A stretch of 64,000 nt of DNA from NCBI GenBank assembly GCA_047947115.1, contig CP170459.1:4224001-4288000 (forward strand). Direction: 5' to 3'. Both the position numbers and the translations under genes were made by a program. Numbering within the stretch: the stretch's first letter is position 1; every line of letters starts with the position of its first letter. This DNA comes from Verrucomicrobiota bacterium (GTDB lineage Bacteria; Verrucomicrobiota; Verrucomicrobiia; Limisphaerales; AAA164-E04). Positions 30,940 through 40,318 of the stretch are shown piece after piece. The notes under the pieces were generated by a model that did not search any database, was not told where the DNA came from, and saw only the letters and a list, made by a program, of their open reading frames with translations.

Positions 30940-32453
30940 CATGCGCGTCAGGATAAAAATGATTATTTTTAACGATAAAGCTGTATTTTTATGTACAGTT
31001 TGCTTTCTACTTTTCCGAATGACTCTCCAACAAATCCTTGTCAGACAATATCATCTTCAGATCTTCAACACACAACAAGACCTCAACCCAAATGTTTGAC
31101 TTTACTCCCAGATTCACAAGGGGTTTCCCTGCCTCATGAATGGCACCGATGTGCCCAAACATTAACCGGTTGGTTCGCTGATTTCGATTTCCAGACACTT
31201 GCTCGCGCCACCGGCTTTGTCCTGCGAACTCCGCGAAAAATAATGCCCGAATTTTTTCTACAAGCGACTATTCTATTGGTTTGCCAAGGCACCGCAAGTT
31301 TGAGTCGATGGGCGACTTTGTTGGGAATTTTGAGCAATAATACTATTGCCAAACAGTCATTGTGGGAACGAATGAACCAGGGCGCTGTGAATTATATTCA
31401 ATGCATCCTGGCGCTAGTATTAAGCGCCAAATCCAAAGACAATGGCCGCAACGTCCCAAACAAGTTCAATCGATTTCCACGAATCCTTGTTCATGATAGC
31501 ACGACCATCAAAGTAAATTCGAAACTGGCGGCTGCTTTTCCCGGTTCGGCTAACCAAAGTGGTTCCAAAATTGCATCGCTGAAAATACAAGCCATTCAGG
31601 ATATACAAAATCAACAATTCCTCTACTTCGGGATAAGTGGATTTAGACGTAACGACCAAACCGCAACTTATGATATTTTGAAAGTCATACGTAAGGGGGA
31701 CTTAATACTCCGTGACTTGGGCTATTTCGTGATAGAATCATTCCAACAGATAGCAAACGCTGGAGCCTATTATTTGAGTCGAATCCGATTGGATATCGAA
31801 GTGAGGGACCCAGCCACAGGAGAAAAAATCGATTTACTCAAAAAACTGAAACGATTAGGAAATTTGGACTTTGATGTTTTGCTCTCAGATAAGCAGTTAC
31901 CCGTGCGATTGGTGGCCATCAAACTTCCCGATGAGATCGCGGCAGAACGGCGACGCAAAGCCAAGAGCAATCGTGATAAAAGGCGAAAGCCCAATGCCCA
32001 AAGGTTGGAGTTGCTTGGTTGGGCGATATTCACAACCAATGTTCCCCAGAACGAATGCACAGCAAAAGAAGTGGCAAAGATCTACGGTTTGCGCTGGCGG
32101 ATAGAAACCATTTTTAAGGCATGGAAAAGCCATTTTCGTATCACCGAGGTTCCTGACGGTTCTGCAGAGCAACTCCGGATAGTGGTTTGTGCACGACTCA
32201 TTTTTATTACCGTTCTTACAAACTTGATAGAGCGTGACTGGCTTGCCCCGGGGCAGACTTGCAACGCGGCGCATTTGAGCATGTTGAAAGTGGCTGCTCT
32301 ACTGGGAGATTACTTTTTGGCTCTGTGTTTTGAAGCGTGGAATGTACAAGTCAGCGATGCTATCCCTATACAAATGAGATACCAATGCAAATATGACAAA
32401 CGATCTCGTCAAAACTATGAACAAAACCTCCTGGCTTTATCCTGACGCGCATG
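30940..32453 (+). mobile_element. IS4-family insertion sequence (1514 bp)
   Basis: Perfect 18-bp terminal IRs CATGCGCGTCAGGATAAA (30940-30957) / TTTATCCTGACGCGCATG (32436-32453). Flanking 10-bp direct repeats CGCAGACGCG / CGCAGTCGCG differ at one position. Confidence 0.93.
30991..32445 (+). CDS. IS4-family DDE transposase
   Basis: DST, RDLGY and YGLRWRIETIFKAWK (YREK signature); stop codon lies inside the right IR; true start uncertain. Confidence 0.93.
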   Translation: MYSLLSTFPNDSPTNPCQTISSSDLQHTTRPQPKCLTLLPDSQGVSLPHEWHRCAQTLTGWFADFDFQTLARATGFVLRTPRKIMPEFFLQATILLVCQGTASLSRWATLLGILSNNTIAKQSLWERMNQGAVNYIQCILALVLSAKSKDNGRNVPNKFNRFPRILVHDSTTIKVNSKLAAAFPGSANQSGSKIASLKIQAIQDIQNQQFLYFGISGFRRNDQTATYDILKVIRKGDLILRDLGYFVIESFQQIANAGAYYLSRIRLDIEVRDPATGEKIDLLKKLKRLGNLDFDVLLSDKQLPVRLVAIKLPDEIAAERRRKAKSNRDKRRKPNAQRLELLGWAIFTTNVPQNECTAKEVAKIYGLRWRIETIFKAWKSHFRITEVPDGSAEQLRIVVCARLIFITVLTNLIERDWLAPGQTCNAAHLSMLKVAALLGDYFLALCFEAWNVQVSDAIPIQMRYQCKYDKRSRQNYEQNLLALS

Positions 32454-32478
32454 CGCAGTCGCGGGATCTTCGAGATGT

Positions 32479-32606
32479 CACAGATTTACGCAGATATAGA
32501 AGGAAGATCCATTCGAGTGGCAACTGAAAATTGGGACACTATTTGGTGAATCGCTTTGAAGAGATCAGATCTGGCTTGATACCCAATATCTACGTTCATC
32601 TGTGTC
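32479..32606. repeat. Degenerate CAGAT-unit inverted-repeat element, related to 17217-17319
   Basis: CACAGATTTACGCAGATAT ... ATATCTACGTTCATCTGTG imperfect inverted arms. Confidence 0.5.
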
Positions 32607-32642
32607 ATGTGCTGATTCCTAATGGAATGATTACGGCTGAGG

Positions 32643-33596
32643 TCAATGCTGAGAAAACCGGACTTCCAAAGGGCGATGATCTGATCCCAAATCGGGACCC
32701 CGGTTCAATGCGTGTATCGATATTTCTGGTTGAGCAAGAAACAGGTCAATCGGGATCCCCAAAGGCAATAAGCCAATGGGCCAGGTCGGCAATGACAGCA
32801 TGGATGTCGGTGGGCAATAACTCAACTGATGTCGTTTCATCATCTGTCTGACCGGGTAATGCCACGGCGTGGCATTAAAGTCTCCCACGGCAACGAAAGG
32901 ATGGCGCGTCTCGCTCATGGTTTCTGAAACCTGACGCAAGTAATCGTCTCGCAAACCCGTAAAACGATTTCCGATCGGCGGAACAGGATGTGCAACAAAC
33001 ACCGAAAAGGTTTTATTCATGTCATGCTCAACATCGAAGAGAATACAGGGCACGTCCCAATCCAATTTGAAGCGGTCTTTGAAGGGATATTTGCTATAAA
33101 CAGCCATCCCAAAATTATCATCACGTGGTTGCAGAACTTGATGTGGCCATCGTTCATGCAAGGGCGTCAATTGTTGCAACCACAAACGATTGACCTCACC
33201 GAGACATATGAAATCAGGATCCCGTTCTTTCAGATAATCCAACACTTCCGACTTGGATCTATTTCCCGTGTGGACATTAAACCAGATTAAGGAGTAGCTC
33301 GCCGAATTCGATGGCGCATCCGATACTCTGCTCCATGCCCACGGTTCCATTACCCCCACCTGCCAGGCAATCAACACCAACAACAAACCCATCGTCTTTT
33401 TCTGCCGCCACCAACAAGCAGGGATCACAGCGCTGGCCAGGAGAACCAGGAAATGAATTCGAAAGTGATCCACGAGAGCAAGCAACCAGAACCAGCGACC
33501 GGCGAACCCCATCAGGGTGAGGCTTAAAACGACACCCGCAATGATGACCGGGTAATCCTTCCATTTCATTTTTCGCTGCAGCAAACCTTTCGCCAT
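32643..33596 (-). CDS. Membrane-anchored endonuclease/exonuclease/phosphatase (EEP) family protein
   Basis: N-terminal TM helices, FNV, GDFN, PIDL, GSDHRP. Confidence 0.88.
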   Translation of the reverse strand: MAKGLLQRKMKWKDYPVIIAGVVLSLTLMGFAGRWFWLLALVDHFRIHFLVLLASAVIPACWWRQKKTMGLLLVLIAWQVGVMEPWAWSRVSDAPSNSASYSLIWFNVHTGNRSKSEVLDYLKERDPDFICLGEVNRLWLQQLTPLHERWPHQVLQPRDDNFGMAVYSKYPFKDRFKLDWDVPCILFDVEHDMNKTFSVFVAHPVPPIGNRFTGLRDDYLRQVSETMSETRHPFVAVGDFNATPWHYPVRQMMKRHQLSYCPPTSMLSLPTWPIGLLPLGIPIDLFLAQPEISIHALNRGPDLGSDHRPLEVRFSQH

Positions 33597-33641
33597 TGTC
33601 TTACTTACCCCAAAAGGCTATACTGCGTTTCATTCGAATCC

Positions 33642-34325
33642 ATGGCAATGCTTGAAATCAAACAACTCAAAAAACGCTATTGCACACCGGAGAACAAACT
33701 CCATACCGTGCTGGACGTGCCTGCGTTTCAAATGGAAGCAGAGCAACAGGTGGCATTGTGCGGTGAAAGCGGCACCGGCAAAACGACCTTTCTGCATCTG
33801 ATTGCCGGCATCCTGTCAGCAGATGAAGGAGAAATCCTGCTCGACGGAACCGATCTTCACAAGCTTTCCGAAGCCAAACGCGACCGGCTCCGGGCCAATC
33901 AAATCGGCTATATCTTTCAAACATTCAACCTGCTGCAAGGTTATACCTGCCTGGAAAACGTGATGTTGGGCATGAGTTTCGGTTCGGGCGTTGACAAGGA
34001 CTATGCCTCACAATTGCTGATAAGAGTCGGTATGCAGGATCGCATGCATCATTACCCGCGACAACTCTCCACCGGTCAACAACAGCGCGTGGCCGTGGCG
34101 CGGGCATTGGCAAATCGGCCCAAACTGGTATTGGCGGACGAACCCACCGGCAATCTGGACACCACTCGCGCGGAAGAGGCCCTGCACCTCATTCGTGAAG
34201 CTTGTAAAGAAAACAAGGCGGCTCTCTTACTGGTCAGTCATGACTGGCATATTTTGAACGCATTCGAACACTGCCAGGATCTAGCATCTCTCAACAAAGC
34301 CACCAGGGAGGAGAAAAGAGCATGA
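33642..34325 (+). CDS. ABC transporter ATP-binding protein (LolD/MacB type)
   Basis: GESGTGKT, LSTGQQQRVAVARA, LADEPTGNLD, VSHD. Confidence 0.95.
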   Translation: MAMLEIKQLKKRYCTPENKLHTVLDVPAFQMEAEQQVALCGESGTGKTTFLHLIAGILSADEGEILLDGTDLHKLSEAKRDRLRANQIGYIFQTFNLLQGYTCLENVMLGMSFGSGVDKDYASQLLIRVGMQDRMHHYPRQLSTGQQQRVAVARALANRPKLVLADEPTGNLDTTRAEEALHLIREACKENKAALLLVSHDWHILNAFEHCQDLASLNKATREEKRA

Positions 34326-35524
34326 TCCTAAAGATGGTATTCAAAAGTCTGCGGCAACACCTGTTGTCCACCACCATCACTTCCTTTTCGATCGCCCTGG
34401 CGGGCGGGTTGATTTTGTCTGTATGGGTGATCAAGGATCAATCCAACGCGGCTTTTACGGGAGTGAATGCGGGATTTGACGCCGTGCTCGGCGCTCGGTC
34501 TTCCAAGCTTCAATTGGTTCTGAACTCCATCTTCCACGTGGAAGCTTCACCCGGAAACCTCGCTTTGGAAGACTATGAAGACATCAAGAAACACCCGGGC
34601 GTGGAACACGCCATCCCCATCGCCGTGGGAGACAACTTCAAGGGCTTCCGACTGGTGGGGACACTTCCAGAACTCTTCACCGACACTGAATATAGTGAAG
34701 GTAAAAAGTACGCCACCTTGCCGGGCGGACGCTGGATGGATACAAGCCGTCGCGAGGCAGTGGTGGGAGGTTTCGCGGCGACACAACTGGGTTTAAAAGT
34801 GGGTGATACCTTTCATCCTTACCATGGCCTGCTATTCGACGAAGAAAAACAGCACGCCGAAACCTATGTCGTGGTGGGAGTGATGGAACTGACCAACACG
34901 CCCGCCGACCGGGTGATTTGGATTCCTCTGGCCGGACTCCAGAAAATGAGCGGACACGACCCCAAAACAGCCAACGATATCAGTGCGGTGCTTGTCAAAT
35001 TACGCAATCCCCAGGCTGGTTTCCGACTCGACCTGATGTACAACAAACAGGGAGATCGCCTGACGCTGGCCTGGCCCATCGACCAGATCATGGCCCAGTT
35101 GTTCTCGAAGATTGGTTGGTTCGATCGTGTTCTTGAGATGATCGCTTACCTGGTGGCGGTGGTCGCCGCCGGTTCGGTCCTTGCCGGGATTTACAACTCC
35201 ATGAACGAACGGAAACGAGACATTGCCATCCTGCGTGCGCTGGGGGCGGGACGCCGGGTCATTTTCGGTTCGGTCGTGCTTGAATCCACGGCGATATCCA
35301 TCATAGGCATGATCATGGCATTCGGAGTGTACGCCATCATCTTCAGCACGGCGGCGGCTGTCATACGCGTTCAAACAGGGGTTGTCCTCACATTGGGAAC
35401 ATGGCACCCGGCGTTGCTATGGACCCCATTGGGCATGATCCTGTTGGGAGCCATTACCGGATGTGTTCCCGCCATCAAAGCTTATCGCACCCATGTTGCC
35501 GAAAACCTGATCCCCGTGTCATGA
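34322..35524 (+). CDS. ABC transporter permease (FtsX/MacB type)
   Basis: N-terminal TM, periplasmic domain with HGL, ERKRDIAILRALGA, further C-terminal TMs; ATGA overlap with the ATPase gene. Confidence 0.92.
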   Translation: MILKMVFKSLRQHLLSTTITSFSIALAGGLILSVWVIKDQSNAAFTGVNAGFDAVLGARSSKLQLVLNSIFHVEASPGNLALEDYEDIKKHPGVEHAIPIAVGDNFKGFRLVGTLPELFTDTEYSEGKKYATLPGGRWMDTSRREAVVGGFAATQLGLKVGDTFHPYHGLLFDEEKQHAETYVVVGVMELTNTPADRVIWIPLAGLQKMSGHDPKTANDISAVLVKLRNPQAGFRLDLMYNKQGDRLTLAWPIDQIMAQLFSKIGWFDRVLEMIAYLVAVVAAGSVLAGIYNSMNERKRDIAILRALGAGRRVIFGSVVLESTAISIIGMIMAFGVYAIIFSTAAAVIRVQTGVVLTLGTWHPALLWTPLGMILLGAITGCVPAIKAYRTHVAENLIPVS

Positions 35525-36048
35525 GCAAAACCCATCCATATCCAACAGGCCTGTTCACTTGGCTCTTCAGTCTGCTCTGTCTGATTTGGACAGGTTGCGG
35601 GGATACATCCGATGTCGCCGAACATGATCACGATCACGGTGAAGAAGCCAACCACGCTCATGCAGGACACCACCATGATCCCCCTCATGGTGGCACGGTG
35701 ATCCGCCTGGGAGACGAACTTTACCATCTTGAATGGGTCAGGGACGAAGAAGCCGGTCTGATGCGATGTTATGTATTGGATGGTCACATGGAGCAATTTA
35801 TCCGGATCGATCAAACTGAAATCATTGTTCTGGTGAATGGCCCGGACGGAACCATGCTCCCCTGGAGCTTCGTCGCCGCGGAAAACCGGGCAACGGGTGA
35901 AACCATCGGCAACACCTCGGAATTCCAGGCACGCCTCCCCGAGTTACCCAATCAAAATAAGTTTGAAGGAACCATTCCGGAGGTCCATATTCAGGGTAAT
36001 CGATTTGAGAACATTGCTTTTCAGTTTCCGGAAGGCAACGAAGGCTGA
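35521..36048 (+). CDS. His-rich lipoprotein, putative metal-binding
   Basis: Lipobox-like WTGC, EHDHDHGEEANHAHAGHHHDPPHGG; ATGA overlap with the permease gene. Confidence 0.8.
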   Translation: MSKTHPYPTGLFTWLFSLLCLIWTGCGDTSDVAEHDHDHGEEANHAHAGHHHDPPHGGTVIRLGDELYHLEWVRDEEAGLMRCYVLDGHMEQFIRIDQTEIIVLVNGPDGTMLPWSFVAAENRATGETIGNTSEFQARLPELPNQNKFEGTIPEVHIQGNRFENIAFQFPEGNEG

Positions 36049-36090
36049 GAAAACGAACAAACAAGCGCTGCATTACTCATCTCCAACAAC

Positions 36091-36996
36091 ATGAAGAACA
36101 AGCACCACTCACCCCTTTCATTGATCACCACTTGTTTACTCGCGGCCCTGTGCCTGACATGGACCCTGTCGTCCGGATGCTCCAAATCCTCCGACACCAC
36201 AACGGAAGTGGCACAAGCGCCACAAGGAGAACCGATTCAGGGCGAACTGATTCAAGGTGATCCCATTGAGCCTGAACCAGCAGCCGTTTCAGCCTCTTCC
36301 ACTATTTCAGATGAAGGCAAAGTGGTTGATCCACAGCTATCCCCTGAACCTGAAAAAACGATCGGAAAAGCACCTGAGAAAGCCACGGAAGTCGTTAATT
36401 CGGACGAAACCGACAATACAACTCCTGTCCTTGAAGAGGAGAACGATCAAGAAACAACCATCGCACAACAATCGGCACCCAGCGAACCAGCCATAGAGGA
36501 ACTGTCAGCAGATACCGCTGCGGCCAAGCTCATTGAGAAACCCCTGGTCGCAACCACCCTGCCCGACGCAAATGGTTACCTTTCCGTCAGCTTCGACAAA
36601 CTGGCCTCTTTCGAATACCAGATGCCGGAGGACCTGACAGCCCCGGTGGCGGATGAAGAAGGAACCGTTTACAAAGAGCAGATTCCAGCCGACATCAAAG
36701 CTCTCAACGCAAAAAACATTTCACTCAAAGGCTTCATGCTGCCACTGAAGGTCGAAAAGGGATTGGTCACCGAAATGCTGATCATGCGCGATCAATCCAT
36801 GTGCTGCTACGGCACCGTCCCCAAGATCAACGAATGGGTCAGCGTCCGCATGGACGAACAAGGCGTCAAACCCATCATGGACGAAGCCGTGACCATCTAT
36901 GGAACGTTGCAAGTCGGTGAAGTCCTGGAAAACGGCTACCTCGTAGGCATCTACGAAATGGCCGGCCAGAAAATGGACGAGCCACAGGCAAATTAG
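36091..36996 (+). CDS. DUF3299-family lipoprotein
   Basis: Lipobox-like SSGC, acidic linker, I.ALN.K...LKGFMLPL, CCYGTVPKINEWV. Confidence 0.8.
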   Translation: MKNKHHSPLSLITTCLLAALCLTWTLSSGCSKSSDTTTEVAQAPQGEPIQGELIQGDPIEPEPAAVSASSTISDEGKVVDPQLSPEPEKTIGKAPEKATEVVNSDETDNTTPVLEEENDQETTIAQQSAPSEPAIEELSADTAAAKLIEKPLVATTLPDANGYLSVSFDKLASFEYQMPEDLTAPVADEEGTVYKEQIPADIKALNAKNISLKGFMLPLKVEKGLVTEMLIMRDQSMCCYGTVPKINEWVSVRMDEQGVKPIMDEAVTIYGTLQVGEVLENGYLVGIYEMAGQKMDEPQAN

Positions 36997-37187
36997 GCCG
37001 GGCTTTTAGACCCCGAACACTAAAAGGGGTTGTTTTAAAATCCATTTATCTGACTACTTCGTGCCCTTCTTACTTCATACTATCCGCAAACACATTTGAC
37101 ATTCAGGTTGCTCTCCTGGCACCCGGCCCCAAAAAAATCTCCGAAAGCCTAGACAAATCCCCCTTCCCCATGCGTCTTTATAAGTGA

Positions 37188-37703
37188 ATGGCGGGAATCC
37201 GGACATTGGAACAAATCTACGATGCGCACGCGGACGCTCTTTTTGCGTTTCTGATGTATGTGCTCGGTCATGAATCCGATGTGCGCGACGTCATGCAGGA
37301 TTTGTTCTGCCGAATCGCTCAGAAACCGGATCTGATCAGTCAAGCAATTCACGAACGTCCGTTCCTCATCCGCATGGCACACAGCATGGCCTTGGACAGT
37401 CTGAGACGCCGCGACGCTCGATCCAGAGCCCACAAATCATCTGGAGAACATGGCGAAACAAGCACGACACCTCAAACGGAAACAAGCGATGCAGCCGCGA
37501 TTGATACCGAATTAATAAAGGCCCTGAAAGCCTTGCCTGGCGATCAATCGACGGTGATTCATTTGAAATTGAAAGAAGAAATGACCTTTGAACAAATTGC
37601 CGAAGCATTGGACATACCACAAAACACCGCAGCATCCCGCTATCGCTACGGTCTGGAAAAACTCCGAACCCTGCTGAAACCCCTCTACGAAGAAATCAAA
37701 TAG
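37188..37703 (+). CDS. ECF RNA polymerase sigma-70 factor
   Basis: Region 2 DVMQDLF; region 4 LP......HL......TFEQIAEALDIPQNTAASRYRYG. Confidence 0.9.
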   Translation: MAGIRTLEQIYDAHADALFAFLMYVLGHESDVRDVMQDLFCRIAQKPDLISQAIHERPFLIRMAHSMALDSLRRRDARSRAHKSSGEHGETSTTPQTETSDAAAIDTELIKALKALPGDQSTVIHLKLKEEMTFEQIAEALDIPQNTAASRYRYGLEKLRTLLKPLYEEIK

Positions 37704-37712
37704 TCCAGCACC

Positions 37713-38219
37713 ATGAAACCCTACGAACCTGAATCCAGCGAGGATCACCAGCTCAAAAAGTTGGAATCACATATCAAGGGCCTCCCCGAGCCTTCGCTTC
37801 CGCCGTCATGGAAATTAGACATCCTATCCACTGCCCAACAAAAAGCAGTTACCCTGCCCGCAACCGGGACCGAAGACCTGATTCAGGACAGACAACCAGC
37901 TTGGCTATCGATCCTTAGCGCAGGATTCAGGCTCATTACTCCCGTCCGCGCAACCATCGCAGCCATCTGGCTGTTCGCCCTTTGTGGCGCCAAATTCGAC
38001 ACCTGGCTGAACGGAACAACAGATCCCAACACCCCATCAAGCCACCCCGCAACTCCCTACACCAGCCTATCCGACCAACTCATGCAATGGGAAATGGCCG
38101 GACTGGAAGCAACCCTTCCAGAAAACGACACTGCCCCAACAAACCACCAGCAAACACCCCCAGGCCCCAGAAGCCACCGTAAGCAGAAAAATTCACCATT
38201 AACCCTTCACCATTCCTAA
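37713..38219 (+). CDS. Putative anti-sigma factor / single-TM protein
   Basis: Directly follows the ECF gene; cytoplasmic N-terminus, one hydrophobic helix, low-complexity tail. Confidence 0.6.
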   Translation: MKPYEPESSEDHQLKKLESHIKGLPEPSLPPSWKLDILSTAQQKAVTLPATGTEDLIQDRQPAWLSILSAGFRLITPVRATIAAIWLFALCGAKFDTWLNGTTDPNTPSSHPATPYTSLSDQLMQWEMAGLEATLPENDTAPTNHQQTPPGPRSHRKQKNSPLTLHHS

Positions 38220-38223
38220 TCCC

Positions 38224-40101
38224 ATGTCTCCTCTACAATTCTACTGTCGCCTCACCGAATGGCTCCTATCATGGGTCACCATCCTTCTGGTTGATCGGAA
38301 AAAAACATTTCCCTTAAAATGGGCACTCATTTTATGCGGTTCGACTATGATTGCCTGGCTGGCATGCATCAGCGCTTTCCTGATGAAGTGGCTACTTGCA
38401 AAAGAATGGAACAATGGCGTTTTATGGGGTAGAGGTTTTTGGTCCATACTGGCAGTAACAGGTTGCGCGTGTATTCTGTGTCATTGGGGATTCACCTACC
38501 ACTTTTGGAATCGGAGAGCTCGTAAACTTTGTCCATCCTCCCAGCAAAACTCCCCGCTCCCTGAATCACCTCGCTGGGTGTTTTGGGTATTAAGTTTCGT
38601 CTACTTACCAGTCTTCAGCATCCTAACGCCATTAGCGGCAGTATTAGGTGTGGAAAACATCTACGGTTCCTACCTCTGGCATAAAACACAGTCACAACTG
38701 GAACAAAAAGGAGAAAAAATCCAGTGGGTTCACTGGGCCAGTCAACCTGTTTCGGATGAAGACAATTTTGCAAGTCATCCCATTTTCTCAGCGGCTCAAG
38801 AGCAAGTAAACGACAAGGCAAAAACAGCAGCAGAACGTAACCTAGCTCGATCAAAAGCCGTAGAGATGCTGCAAATGCTCAACCGCCCTGAGATTTTAGC
38901 GCAGAAACATCATTTAAAAAAACACCCAAACTCAAGATCACGTCCATCGATGAAAAGTTGGGCATCGGCTTATAAGGAGGCCATTGCGAACCAAAAGACA
39001 CGGGGTAGTTCTGCTCCAATCGCTCTGGCTGAACTCCCCAAATACCCGGAAGCTCCTGAACAGGCCTCGGACCTTGAAGTCGTGGATGTTGCCCTCTCTA
39101 TTGCCGAAGATTTGCTCAAAGATATTTCTAATGCGAGTCGGCGCCCGCATTTTCGTTTATCATCAACAGGCGATCAACCTAACTTCGACAATCCTTTCCA
39201 AACTCTGTCGGTGATAAAGAAAATAGCCAATTTTCTTAACTTCCGATCCTGGCATTATCTGGAAACCAACAAACCAGACCAAGCAGCCGAGGACATTCTT
39301 CTATTGTTACGGATGGCAAAAAAGATTGATGATGATCCCTTATTGATTTCTCACCTTGTGCGGATAGCACTGACCGCCATAGCAAGGAATGACATTGAGG
39401 ATGGATTCCCCAAGCATCAATGGACTGAAGACGAACTGATCAAATTACAAAACGCCTTTGTGCAGCAAGATTTTCTACCATCAGTCCTGACGACCATCAA
39501 ACGAGAACGGGGCGTGGCTTCCCTCATGTTCGACCAGTGGATTCAAGGCAAAGGAATGTGGTTTGGTGCTGACGGATTTATGCCTATGAACTCACGCTTT
39601 GCCAGCCGAGTGATGCCCGGGTGGATCCGACAAACACAAGCTGCGTATTTGAACATATTACAGAATTGGTTGGATGTGACAGCACCCCAGTTGAATGCCC
39701 CGAACACACTACATGGTATTAACCTATTGAATTCTATCAATCCGGAAGTATTGATTCGCAAACACAGTTTCAACCCGCACTACAATATTGCCAATCTTGT
39801 CCTTCCATCAATCCATAAGATTTATGCCAAGACACTCCGCATTCAACAGATACGAGATCAAACCATCACCGCCTGCGCTCTCGAAAGATACTACCTCCAA
39901 CACAAAACCTATCCGCCTACCCTTCATGATCTGGTTCCCGAATACATCCCCCAAGTCCCCCTCGACATCATGGATCGGTCCGAACTGAAATACGAACGCA
40001 GTGAAGACGGAACATTTCGGCTATGGTCCGTTGGCCTCGATGGCGAAGACGACGGTGGGGATACAGAGAAAGACCGCGACTGGGTATGGCCAAGGGACTA
40101 A
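38224..40101 (+). CDS. Hypothetical membrane protein with C-terminal pseudopilin (GspG)-like segment
   Basis: Several N-terminal TMs, helical body, C-terminal ACALERY....YP..L..LVP......P.D......Y......F.LWSVG.DG.DDGG. Confidence 0.7.
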   Translation: MSPLQFYCRLTEWLLSWVTILLVDRKKTFPLKWALILCGSTMIAWLACISAFLMKWLLAKEWNNGVLWGRGFWSILAVTGCACILCHWGFTYHFWNRRARKLCPSSQQNSPLPESPRWVFWVLSFVYLPVFSILTPLAAVLGVENIYGSYLWHKTQSQLEQKGEKIQWVHWASQPVSDEDNFASHPIFSAAQEQVNDKAKTAAERNLARSKAVEMLQMLNRPEILAQKHHLKKHPNSRSRPSMKSWASAYKEAIANQKTRGSSAPIALAELPKYPEAPEQASDLEVVDVALSIAEDLLKDISNASRRPHFRLSSTGDQPNFDNPFQTLSVIKKIANFLNFRSWHYLETNKPDQAAEDILLLLRMAKKIDDDPLLISHLVRIALTAIARNDIEDGFPKHQWTEDELIKLQNAFVQQDFLPSVLTTIKRERGVASLMFDQWIQGKGMWFGADGFMPMNSRFASRVMPGWIRQTQAAYLNILQNWLDVTAPQLNAPNTLHGINLLNSINPEVLIRKHSFNPHYNIANLVLPSIHKIYAKTLRIQQIRDQTITACALERYYLQHKTYPPTLHDLVPEYIPQVPLDIMDRSELKYERSEDGTFRLWSVGLDGEDDGGDTEKDRDWVWPRD

Positions 40102-40318
40102 TTTAAAAAATGGAGGGATCGGTTCCACCCGGTTCCCATACTTCCGCCTAAAGACATTCCTGAGCAAATAAGGTGGAACCCGGGAGGCCATGGGGTATAC
40201 GACCGGTTGCAGCATGTCCTTGAACAACGTATGGGAGTGTGTTCGCCCTAAGGAAAAAAGTGGGTGCAAAGCGGAATTTGCCCTCCGATTTTGTAAACCC
40301 AAAAAAAACACCTCAGAC

